Positions 7,960 through 16,267 of a stretch of DNA of 64,000 nucleotides are shown one piece after another (positions within the stretch are counted from its first letter, which is position 1; the number at the start of each line of letters is the position of its first letter). This DNA is from Vicinamibacterales bacterium (GTDB lineage Bacteria; Acidobacteriota; Vicinamibacteria; Vicinamibacterales; UBA2999), in contig JBFWVR010000009.1 in assembly GCA_050246635.1 (NCBI GenBank), positions 11,807 to 75,806 of the forward strand, written 5' to 3'. The notes beneath the pieces were generated by a model. The model was not told the origin of the DNA and made no database searches. It saw nothing but the letters and a program-made list of their open reading frames with translations. The position numbers and the translations under genes were made by a program.

Positions 7960-10286
7960 CGAAGAAGGCGGCCGTCGGGACTGTCCTCGTGGCCCTGGCC
8001 TTGGCGGCGGGGGCCGGGGCCTGGTGGGCCTGGCGTCCGGCCGCGATCACCCTGGCCGGTGTCGAGATGGGCGCGTTGCCGCGCGGCGTCGCGCCCGCCG
8101 ACCTGAACGTGCTCGTGGTGACGCTCGACACGACCCGCGCGGACCGGCTGGGCGCCTACGGCGACACGTCCGGCGCGACGCCCACGCTCGACCGCCTCGC
8201 CGCCGACGGCGTGGTGTTCGAGCACGCTGTCTCACCCGCGCCGCTGACCCTGCCGGCGCACTCGACGCTCTTCACTGGCGAGGACCCGCCGTTCCACGGC
8301 GTGCGCGACAACGGCGGGTACATCCTCGACGGCTCGCGGCAGACGCTGGCCGAGACGCTCAAGGCGGGGGGCTGGGCCACCGGCGGGTTCATCGGCGCGT
8401 TCGTGCTCGACGCCAAGTTCGGCCTCGATCAGGGGTTCGACGAGTACGTCGACGAGTTCGACATCAACCAGCGTCCCGGGGAGGGCTTCGCGCTCGGGGA
8501 CATCGCCCGCCCGGCGGCCGAGGTCGTCGATCACGCGCTGCCGTGGCTCGAGGCGCACAAGGCCTCGCGCTTCTTCGCCTGGCTGCACTTCTATGATCCG
8601 CACTCGCCCTACGAGCCGCCCGAGCCGTTCCGCACGCGCTTCGCGTCACGGCCGTACCTCGGCGAGATTGCGTATGTCGATGCCCAGCTGGCGCGGGTGC
8701 TGGCCTGGCTCGACGCGCAGGGCCTGCGCGATCGCACGCTGGTCGTCGTGCTCGGCGACCACGGCGAGTCCCTCGGGGAGCACGGCGAGGGCACCCACGG
8801 CCTGTTCGTCTACGAGGGCACGCAGCACGTGCCGCTGATCGTGCGTGCGCCCTATGCGGGCCTGGCAGGCCGGCGCGTGCCGGCCATCGTGCGCACCGAG
8901 GACGTGATGCCGACGATCCTCACGCTCACCGGTCAGGCCGTGCCCAGCTCGGTGCGTGGTACCTCGCTCGTGCCGTTGATGACGGGGGCCGCCGCCGACC
9001 TCGAGCTCGACGCCTACAGCGAGTCGATCTATGCGCGGAACCACTTCGGGTGGTCGGAGCTGCGCGCGTTCCGCGAGGGCCGCTACAAGCTGATCGACGC
9101 GCCCCGGCCGGAGCTGTACGACCTCGAGCTCGATCCCGGCGAGACCACCAACATCTTCGAGGACCGCCAGGCCCTCGGCGATCGGCTCCGCCTGGAGATC
9201 CGCCGGCTCGATCGCGAGGCCGCGTCCGGTGCCCCGGCCGCCCCGGCCGCCATCGATCCGGAGACGCGCGAGCGCCTGGCGGCACTGGGGTACGTCGGGT
9301 CGTTCACCGACGTCGCGATCCCGGAGGGCGAGACCCGGGCCGATCCCAAGGACAAGATCGACGTCTTCAATCGCATGCTGCAGGCGCGGGAGGGCCGCGC
9401 CGGCGACCCCATCGCGGCGCTCGAGGCCATCGTCGCGGACGACCCGCAGATCGTCGACGCCTGGACGATGATCGGCAACGAGTACTTCCGGCGCCACGAG
9501 TACGCGAAGGCGGTGCCGTATTACCAGAAGGCGCTGGCGCTCAGCCCCGGGTACGATCTGGCGACCATCAACCTCGCCAACGCCTACCGCCGCCTCGGCA
9601 ACGAGCAGGCCGCGATGACCGGCTACGAGCAGTACCTCGCGCGCGATCCACGCAATGCCTACGTGCGGTACCAGCTCGGCGAGATCCAGTCCGACCTCGG
9701 CCGGCTCGGTGAAGCCGAGCAGACGTTCCTCACCGCGCTCGAGGCGGATCCCAGCCTCGCCTCGGCCCAGAACGCGCTGGGCGTCGTCCGCTTCAAGCAG
9801 GGACGCCTCCAGGAGGCGCGTGCCGACATCGAGCGCGCCCTCCAGATGAAGCCGGAGGTGCGCCTGGCGTACTACAACCTGGCGGTGCTGGCCGAAGCCG
9901 AGGGCCGGCCGGCGGAGGCTCGGGATCTCTACGCCCGTGAGCTCAGCCGGCATCCCGACAACTACCGCGCGCATTTCAACCTTGGCCGCCTCTTCGAGGC
10001 CGCCGGTGACCGCGCCGCGCAGGTCGAGGCGTGGAAGTCCGCCATCCGTGTCAATCCCGACTTCGCGGAGGGGCACATCCTCCTCGGCAAGCTCTACCTC
10101 GACCTCGGCCGCGACCTGGACGAGGCGCTCACGCTGGCGCGTCGTGGTGTCGAACTGGCCCCCCGCGGTCCGCTGGCCGCACTCGGCCACTACGTCGCGG
10201 CCGACGTGCTGAGCCGGCGGGGCCAGGCCGCCGCGGCCGCCGCCGAGGCGGCGAAAGGTCGCGCGATTGAGATGCGGGGCAGGTAA
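7956..10286 (+). CDS. sulfatase-like hydrolase/transferase fused to C-terminal TPR repeats (paralogue of the preceding gene)
   Basis: Same architecture as the preceding gene: VLVVTLDTTRADRLGAYG, T-L-P-A-H (Thr98, codon 8247-8249), GDHGESLGEHGE, and about 7 TPR units. The start GTG overlaps the upstream stop (GTGA), which suggests translational coupling. Confidence 0.8.
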   Translation: MTKKAAVGTVLVALALAAGAGAWWAWRPAAITLAGVEMGALPRGVAPADLNVLVVTLDTTRADRLGAYGDTSGATPTLDRLAADGVVFEHAVSPAPLTLPAHSTLFTGEDPPFHGVRDNGGYILDGSRQTLAETLKAGGWATGGFIGAFVLDAKFGLDQGFDEYVDEFDINQRPGEGFALGDIARPAAEVVDHALPWLEAHKASRFFAWLHFYDPHSPYEPPEPFRTRFASRPYLGEIAYVDAQLARVLAWLDAQGLRDRTLVVVLGDHGESLGEHGEGTHGLFVYEGTQHVPLIVRAPYAGLAGRRVPAIVRTEDVMPTILTLTGQAVPSSVRGTSLVPLMTGAAADLELDAYSESIYARNHFGWSELRAFREGRYKLIDAPRPELYDLELDPGETTNIFEDRQALGDRLRLEIRRLDREAASGAPAAPAAIDPETRERLAALGYVGSFTDVAIPEGETRADPKDKIDVFNRMLQAREGRAGDPIAALEAIVADDPQIVDAWTMIGNEYFRRHEYAKAVPYYQKALALSPGYDLATINLANAYRRLGNEQAAMTGYEQYLARDPRNAYVRYQLGEIQSDLGRLGEAEQTFLTALEADPSLASAQNALGVVRFKQGRLQEARADIERALQMKPEVRLAYYNLAVLAEAEGRPAEARDLYARELSRHPDNYRAHFNLGRLFEAAGDRAAQVEAWKSAIRVNPDFAEGHILLGKLYLDLGRDLDEALTLARRGVELAPRGPLAALGHYVAADVLSRRGQAAAAAAEAAKGRAIEMRGR

Positions 10287-10295
10287 TGTGGGGAT

Positions 10296-12116
10296 ATGAG
10301 TAAGAGCGGATCGAAGGACACGAAGGTTCCGAAGGACACGAAGGGCACGAAGGGCACGAAGGGCACGACGGACGCCAGGGCCACGAAGAGCTCGAGGGCC
10401 GCGAAAGCCGTGAAGGTCCCGGACGACGCGATGGCCCCGGCGGCGGTGCCGGGCAGCGAGGGCGCGGAGGCGGCTGATGGGCGTCCCGCGCGGACCCAGG
10501 CGCCCGCGCCGCCCGCGGCGACACCCACCGCGGCGAAGCGCGTGCGCAAGGCGGCGGCCCCGAAACCGGCGGGGGCGGCGAAGGCGCCGACGCGGCCCGT
10601 CGCGGGCCTGCGTGTGCTGATGATCGCGTCGGAGGTGCACCCGTTCTCGAAGACCGGCGGCCTCGCCGATGTCGCGGCCGCGCTGCCTGTCGCGCTCGGG
10701 CGGCTCGGGCACGCCGTGACGGTCGTCACGCCGCGTTACCGCGGCGTCGACGCCGGCACGGACGCGGGCGCGGTCTCGATTGCGATGGCGGGGTACAGCT
10801 TCGACGTCACGCTCTCGGAGGTGTCGCTCGGGCCGGGCGCCCGCGTGCTGCTGGCCGACTGCCCGCCGCTTTTCAACCGCCCCGGGCTCTACAACGAGCA
10901 CAACGTCGACTACGGCGACAACCCCCTGCGATTCGCGGTCCTGATCCAGGCCGCGCTGCGGTGGGCGGCGGCGCAGCCCGACAGGTTCGATGTCGTGCAC
11001 GCGCACGACTGGCAGGCGGGGCTCGCGCCCGCCTACCTGCAGGCGGCGGGGGCACAGGCGCCGCTGGCGGGGACGCCGTCGGTGTTCACGATCCACAACA
11101 TCGCCTACCAGGGCGTGGTGGACAAGGACTGGGTGCCGCGGCTCGGGCTCGACTGGGCCGGCTTCCGGGCGGTCGACGGCTTCGAGTTCTGGGATCGCCT
11201 CAGCCTGCTGAAGGCGGGTGTCAACTTCGCCGACGCGGTCACCACCGTCAGCCCCACCTACGCGCTGGAGATCCAGCGGCCGGAGTTCGGCTACGGGTTC
11301 GACGGCGTCGTGCGGGCGCGGGCCGATCGGCTGGTCGGCATCCTGAACGGCATCGACACCACGGCCTGGGATCCAGCCCACGATCCGTACCTCCCGGTCC
11401 CGTTCACCGCCGACGACCTCTCGGGCAAGGTCGCGGCGAAGCGCGCCCTGCTCGAGCGCTTCGGGTTGCCGACCGACGAGGCGAGTCTCGCCCGGCCCGT
11501 GGTGGGGCTGGTGTCACGACTCGTCGACCAGAAGGGGTTCGACCTCATCGACGCGGCCGCGTCCCGCCTGCTGGAGCTCGACGCCACCTACGTGCTGGTC
11601 GGGTCCGGCGACGCGCGGTACGAGGACCTCTGGCGGCGGCTGGCCGAATGGCGGCCCGACCGGGTCGGCGTGTTCATCGGCTTCGACGAAGCGCGGGCGC
11701 ATCTCGTCGAGGGCGGTGCCGATCTGTTCCTCATGCCGTCGCGCTACGAGCCGTGCGGCCTGAACCAGATGTACTCGCTGCGCTACGGCACGGTGCCCGT
11801 CGTCCGGGCCGTCGGGGGGCTCGTGGACTCGGTCCGTCCGTACGAGCCCCGCGCCGGGCAGGGCACCGGGTTCCTCTTCAGCGAGTACCATCCCGAGGCG
11901 CTGGTGGACGCGGTGACGCGCGCGCTGGCGGCGTGGCAGGACCCGAAGATCCGGCAGCGCCTCCGGAAGAACGGGATGCGGAAGGACTTCTCCTGGGACC
12001 GTTCGGCGGCCGAGTATGTCAAGGTGTATAAAAGGGTGATTGCCCAGCGGCGCCGCGGGCCGGCCGGGGCGGGAAACCGCCGCGCGCCCGCGGCATCCAA
12101 CGGTTCGAGGGACTAA
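10296..12116 (+). CDS. glgA: glycogen synthase (GT5) with a ~110-aa Lys/Ala/Pro-rich N-terminal extension
   Basis: The core from LRVLMIASEVHPFSKTGGLADV to PSRYEPCGLNQMY matches GlgA hallmarks. The N-terminal extension keeps G/C-rich third positions. The stop TAA overlaps the trxA ATG (TAATG). Confidence 0.85.
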   Translation: MSKSGSKDTKVPKDTKGTKGTKGTTDARATKSSRAAKAVKVPDDAMAPAAVPGSEGAEAADGRPARTQAPAPPAATPTAAKRVRKAAAPKPAGAAKAPTRPVAGLRVLMIASEVHPFSKTGGLADVAAALPVALGRLGHAVTVVTPRYRGVDAGTDAGAVSIAMAGYSFDVTLSEVSLGPGARVLLADCPPLFNRPGLYNEHNVDYGDNPLRFAVLIQAALRWAAAQPDRFDVVHAHDWQAGLAPAYLQAAGAQAPLAGTPSVFTIHNIAYQGVVDKDWVPRLGLDWAGFRAVDGFEFWDRLSLLKAGVNFADAVTTVSPTYALEIQRPEFGYGFDGVVRARADRLVGILNGIDTTAWDPAHDPYLPVPFTADDLSGKVAAKRALLERFGLPTDEASLARPVVGLVSRLVDQKGFDLIDAAASRLLELDATYVLVGSGDARYEDLWRRLAEWRPDRVGVFIGFDEARAHLVEGGADLFLMPSRYEPCGLNQMYSLRYGTVPVVRAVGGLVDSVRPYEPRAGQGTGFLFSEYHPEALVDAVTRALAAWQDPKIRQRLRKNGMRKDFSWDRSAAEYVKVYKRVIAQRRRGPAGAGNRRAPAASNGSRD

Positions 12117-12442
12117 TGGCTACCGAAAAGATCAAGGTTCTGACCGACTCCGACTTCGGCGACTCCGTCAAGGACGGCGTCGTGCTCGTGGATTTCTGGG
12201 CCGAGTGGTGCGCGCCCTGCCGCCGCCTCGCCCCGACGGTCGACCAGCTGGCCGAGGAGTACGACGGCCGCGTGACCGTGGCGAAGGTCAACATCGACGA
12301 GAACCCGAAGACGCCGAGCGACTTCATGATTCGCGGCATCCCCACGCTCCTGCTGTTCAAGAACGGCGAGCTCAAGGAGACCGTCGTCGGGCTCGCCGCG
12401 AAGGACGACCTCGCGCAGATGCTCGACAAGCACCTCGCGTAG
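12116..12442 (+). CDS. trxA: thioredoxin
   Basis: 108 aa with the classic fold pattern VLVDFWAEWCAPCRRLAP...GIPTLLLFKNGE. The active site is CAPC rather than CGPC. Confidence 0.9.
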   Translation: MATEKIKVLTDSDFGDSVKDGVVLVDFWAEWCAPCRRLAPTVDQLAEEYDGRVTVAKVNIDENPKTPSDFMIRGIPTLLLFKNGELKETVVGLAAKDDLAQMLDKHLA

Positions 12443-12505
12443 GACCGCAGTGCGCGGGGCGCGGGCGGCTGCCCGCGCCCCGGCCCCCACCCCTTCCGGA
12501 GATCC

Positions 12506-13456
12506 ATGGACACCGAACGCCAGGTCATCATCATCGGCTCGGGCCCTGCCGGCCTGACGGCGGCGCTCTACACGGCGCGCGCCAACCTGAACCCGCTCGT
12601 CATCGAGGGCGTCGAGGCCGGGGGGCAGCTGATGCTGACCACGATGGTCGAGAACTGGCCCGGCTACCGCGACGGCATCATGGGCCCCGACCTGATGGCG
12701 GAGCTCAGGGCCCAGGCCGAGCGGTTCGGCGCCCAGATCATGCAGGGCGACGTCTCGTCCGTCGAGCTCGGATCACGGCCCTTCGCCGTCACGGTGGGGA
12801 AGACCCGCTACACCGCACAGGCGCTGATCGTCGCCACGGGGGCGTCGGCGAAGTGGCTCGATCTCGGCGTCGACAAGCGCCTCTCCGGCCGCGGCGTGTC
12901 GACGTGCGCCACCTGCGACGGGTACTTCTTCAAGGGCCGCCCGATCGCCGTCGTCGGCGGCGGCGACACCGCGATGGAGGAGGCGATCTACCTGTCGAAG
13001 CTCGCGACGCACGTGACGGTGATTCACCGCCGCGACGAGTTGCGTGCCTCGAAGGTGATGCAGGACAAGGCGATGGGCATGGGCAACATCTCCTTCCTGT
13101 GGAACACCGAGGTGCTCGACATCAAGGACGAGAGCGCCGGCGCAGTCACGAGCCTCGTGCTGCACAACAACAAGACCAACGAGCAGAGCGAGCTCGCCGT
13201 CGACGGCGTGTTCATCGCCATCGGCCACGTGCCGAACACGCAGCTGTTCCAGGGACAGCTGACGCTCGACGAGAACGGCTACATCCGCACCCACGACGGC
13301 TCGCGGACGAGCGTCGCCGGCGTCTTCGCGGCGGGGGACGTCCAGGATCACGTCTACCGCCAGGCGGTCACGGCCGCCGGCTCCGGCTGCATGGCTGCCA
13401 TCGACGCCGAGCGCTTCCTCGCGGGCACGGCCCACGAGTCGCCGGCGCACGTCTGA
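12506..13456 (+). CDS. trxB: thioredoxin-disulfide reductase
   Basis: 316 aa with FAD motif IIGSGPAGLTAA, redox-active CATCDG, NADPH motif VVGGGDTAMEEA and C-terminal GVFAAGDV. Confidence 0.9.
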   Translation: MDTERQVIIIGSGPAGLTAALYTARANLNPLVIEGVEAGGQLMLTTMVENWPGYRDGIMGPDLMAELRAQAERFGAQIMQGDVSSVELGSRPFAVTVGKTRYTAQALIVATGASAKWLDLGVDKRLSGRGVSTCATCDGYFFKGRPIAVVGGGDTAMEEAIYLSKLATHVTVIHRRDELRASKVMQDKAMGMGNISFLWNTEVLDIKDESAGAVTSLVLHNNKTNEQSELAVDGVFIAIGHVPNTQLFQGQLTLDENGYIRTHDGSRTSVAGVFAAGDVQDHVYRQAVTAAGSGCMAAIDAERFLAGTAHESPAHV

Positions 13457-13460
13457 CCCA

Positions 13461-13580
13461 GAGAAGAGAGAATCAAGAAACCGGAATCAAGAAAGGAATC
13501 GGAGAAGGCAAGAAGGCGGAATTCCTTCTCCCTTCCCAATTCCTTTCTTGATTCGCAATTGTCGATTCTCTATTCCTGTT
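13461..13580. repeat. low-GC imperfect palindrome built on GAATCAAGA words (family shared with 50978-51071)
   Basis: There is a perfect 16-nt inverted pair: gaatcaagaaaggaat (13484-13499) / attcctttcttgattc (13539-13554). There is also an outer pair: gagaatc (13468-13474) / gattctc (13564-13570). It lies between the convergent trxB and mnmA stops. Confidence 0.8.
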
Positions 13581-13589
13581 CCTCCGTCC

Positions 13590-14672
13590 TCATTCGATCC
13601 ACCCGCCTCCCAGCACTGCGTCCCCGTCGTAGAAGACCACCGCCTGTCCGGGCGTGATGGCGGTCTGCGGTTCGTCGAAGGTGAGCTCCGCGCGGGCGTC
13701 GTCCAGGGCACGGACGCGGGCGGGGGCGGCGCGGTGGCGGTGGCGCACCTGCGCCGTGACCCGCCGCCAGCCGTCGGGTGGGCCGCCCGCGATCCAGTTG
13801 ACGTCTGCTGCGGTCAGGCTCGCGCGATCGAGCGCGGCGCGCGGCCCGACGACGACGGCGGCGTCGGTGGGGCGGACTTCGAGGACGTAGAGCGGGACGG
13901 TGGAGGAGAGGCCCAGGCCCTTCCGCTGCCCCACCGTGAACCGGTGCACGCCCTCGTGCGTGCCGAGCACCGTGCCCTCCTGATCCAGGACCGGACCGGC
14001 GGTCGGGGCGTGACCAGACGCGCGCTCGATGAATCCCGCGTAGTCCCCGTCGGGCACGAAGCAGATTTCCTGGCTGTCCTTCTTGTCCGCGACGGCGAGG
14101 CCCAGGCGGCGGGCTTCGGCGCGCACGGCGTCCTTCGGGAGGTGGCCGACGGGGAAGAGGGCCTGGCGCAACTGGTCCTGCGTGAGGGGGAACAGGAAGT
14201 ACGACTGGTCCTTCGCCGGATCCGCGCCGCGGCGGAGGATCACGCGGCCGTCGTCCGACGCCTCCACGCGCGCGTAGTGGCCGGTGGCCAGGCGCGCGGC
14301 CCCGAGGCCCGCGGCCCGCTGGAGCAGCGTCTGGAACTTGACGTCGCTGTTGCAGCGCACGCAGGGAATCGGCGTGCGCCCGCCGACGTACTCATCGACG
14401 AAGTTCCGGACCACGTGCTGGTGGAATGGCGACTCGAAGTCGAGGATGTAGTGGGGGATGCCGAGCTGTCCCGCGACGCGCCGCGCGTCGTACAGGTCGT
14501 CCAGGGTGCAGCAGGTCCCGAACTGCGCCACCCCCGGTTCGCCGTCCGCCGCGCCGCCAGACTGGTCGTAGAGCTGCATCGACACACCGATCACCTCGTG
14601 ACCCTGCTCGGCGAGCAGCGCGGCGGCGACCGACGAATCGACGCCTCCCGACATCGCGACGACTATGCGCAT
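13590..14672 (-). CDS. mnmA: tRNA 2-thiouridine(34) synthase
   Basis: PP-loop MRIVVAMSGGVDSSVAA, catalytic-Cys region PIPCVRCN and QSYFLF; 360 aa starting at ATG 14672. The track ORF (to 14927) runs through the intergenic repeat. Confidence 0.9.
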   Translation of the reverse strand: MRIVVAMSGGVDSSVAAALLAEQGHEVIGVSMQLYDQSGGAADGEPGVAQFGTCCTLDDLYDARRVAGQLGIPHYILDFESPFHQHVVRNFVDEYVGGRTPIPCVRCNSDVKFQTLLQRAAGLGAARLATGHYARVEASDDGRVILRRGADPAKDQSYFLFPLTQDQLRQALFPVGHLPKDAVRAEARRLGLAVADKKDSQEICFVPDGDYAGFIERASGHAPTAGPVLDQEGTVLGTHEGVHRFTVGQRKGLGLSSTVPLYVLEVRPTDAAVVVGPRAALDRASLTAADVNWIAGGPPDGWRRVTAQVRHRHRAAPARVRALDDARAELTFDEPQTAITPGQAVVFYDGDAVLGGGWIE

Positions 14673-14705
14673 GGTGCGTCCGGGCCGATTGGGGATGCCA
14701 CCACT

Positions 14706-14889
14706 GAGGCACGGAGACACGGAGGCACGGAGCCGGGGACTCCGCTCTCGGATTGAAGGCTGATGGTTGGAGACCGCACGAAGGACATCCGGGAAAGTCT
14801 CAGCCGTCGGTGTTGTGCTCCCCCTGCCGAAAATCTCACATCTGAACTCTGCGATCGGAACCCCACGGCTCCGTGCCTCCGTGTCTCCG
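14706..14889. repeat. 24-nt perfect inverted repeat made of RCACGGAG tandem units, arms 130 nt apart
   Basis: cggagacacggaggcacggagccg (14712-14735) is exactly the reverse complement of cggctccgtgcctccgtgtctccg (14866-14889). It lies in the 256-nt spacer between the cysteine desulfurase and mnmA. Confidence 0.85.
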
Positions 14890-14928
14890 GGTCCCCGTGA
14901 CGCATTCCGGTTGACCTGTGGCGGCACT

Positions 14929-16095
14929 TCAACGGCGCCCGCCGACCGTGGTCAAGCCACGCAGCTTCGCGGCGATCGCGGGCATGACGGCGATGACGCG
15001 GTCGATGTCGGCCTCGGTCGTGGACGACCCGAGGCTGAAGCGCAGCGAGCCGAGCGTGCGGGCGTGGGGGAGCCCCATGGCCTTCAGCACGTGCGACGGC
15101 TCGAGCGTGCCGGACGAGCAGGCGGAGCCGGACGACACCGCGATGCCTTCGAGGTCGAGCGCGATGAGCAGCGACTCGCTCTCGAGCCGGTCGAAGCTCA
15201 GGTTCGTCGTGTTCGGCACGCGCGGATGGGTGGCGCCGTTCAGGCTCACGCCAGGCACGGCCGCCATCAGGCCTGCCTCCAGCCGATCACGAAGTGCCGC
15301 CTGCCTCGTGGCCTCGCGGGCCATCGACGCCCGCGCCGCGGTCGCGGCCGCGCCCATGCCGGCGATGGCCGGGACGTTCTCGGTGCCGGCGCGCCGGTTG
15401 CGTTCGTGCCGGCCGCCGGTCAGGTACGGGACGAGGCGCACGCCTCGGCGGATCCACAAGGCGCCCACGCCTTTCGGCCCGTAGAACTTGTGCGCGGAGA
15501 TCGACAGCAGGTCGACGCCGAGCGCCCGCACGTCGACGGGAATCTTGCCGGCCGTCTGGACCGCGTCGGTGTGCACCAGCGCGCCGCGGGCCTTCGCGAG
15601 CGCGGCCACCTCGGCCACCGGCTGGATCGTGCCGAGCTCGTTGTTGGCGTGCATCACCGACACGAGCGCGGTGTCGTCGGTGAGCGCCTCGGCCACCGCG
15701 TCGGGCGAGACGATGCCGGAGGGGCCGACAGGGAGGAACGTCACCTGCCAGCCGCGGCGGGCGAGCGCCTTCATCGTGTTCAACACGGCTTCGTGCTCGA
15801 TCGCGCTCGCGATCAGGTGGCGCCGGCCGGTGGGCTCGAGGGCCTCGGCCGCGCCCCGGATGGCCAGGTTGTCGCTCTCGGTCCCGCTGCCGGTGAAGAC
15901 CACCTCGGCGGGCTCGGCGCCGATCAGGGCGGCCACCTCGACCCGCGCATCGTCCATCACGGCCTTGGCCTGCTGGCCGAAGTGGTGGACGCTGGAGGCG
16001 TTGCCCCAGACGCGGGTCAGGATGTCGGTCATCCGGGCGGCGGCCGCCGGCCCGAGGGGCGTGGTGGCGTTGTGGTCGAGGTAGATGCGTGTCAC
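14929..16095 (-). CDS. cysteine desulfurase (NifS/IscS family, class V aminotransferase)
   Basis: RIYLDHNATTP N-terminus, PLP-lysine block SAHKFYGPKGVGALWI and active-site loop SSGSACSSG. I prefer the GTG 16095 start (VTRIYLD); the track uses TTG 16146. It sits upstream of mnmA, a typical sulfur-relay pairing. Confidence 0.85.
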   Translation of the reverse strand: MTRIYLDHNATTPLGPAAAARMTDILTRVWGNASSVHHFGQQAKAVMDDARVEVAALIGAEPAEVVFTGSGTESDNLAIRGAAEALEPTGRRHLIASAIEHEAVLNTMKALARRGWQVTFLPVGPSGIVSPDAVAEALTDDTALVSVMHANNELGTIQPVAEVAALAKARGALVHTDAVQTAGKIPVDVRALGVDLLSISAHKFYGPKGVGALWIRRGVRLVPYLTGGRHERNRRAGTENVPAIAGMGAAATAARASMAREATRQAALRDRLEAGLMAAVPGVSLNGATHPRVPNTTNLSFDRLESESLLIALDLEGIAVSSGSACSSGTLEPSHVLKAMGLPHARTLGSLRFSLGSSTTEADIDRVIAVMPAIAAKLRGLTTVGGRR

Positions 16096-16267
16096 GGCTG
16101 AATCCGGCTCGTCCCCGATCGTAGCATTGCCCCTAACCCTCAGCAATAAAAGGACTAGACAACCCTCGAGACCCGTTCATATACTGGCAGCGCTTCAGGC
16201 GCGAAGCCCCTTTCCCCGGGTTTCTTAACGGCACCCTCGGCGCACCAGCGGAGGGGGAGGATTCAAG

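Noticed and set aside
10296-10613. Treating the glgA N-terminal extension as untranslated intergenic repeat DNA
   Set aside because: Not adopted as the primary call. Third-codon-position G/C bias is maintained in frame throughout, and an SD-like box precedes ATG 10296. The alternative start at GTG 10614 remains possible and is flagged in the findings.
8646-11381. 911-aa reverse-strand ORF
   Set aside because: It crosses the boundary between two well-supported forward-strand genes (the sulfatase-like gene and glgA). It has low-complexity Arg/Gly/Pro composition. It is an antisense artefact.
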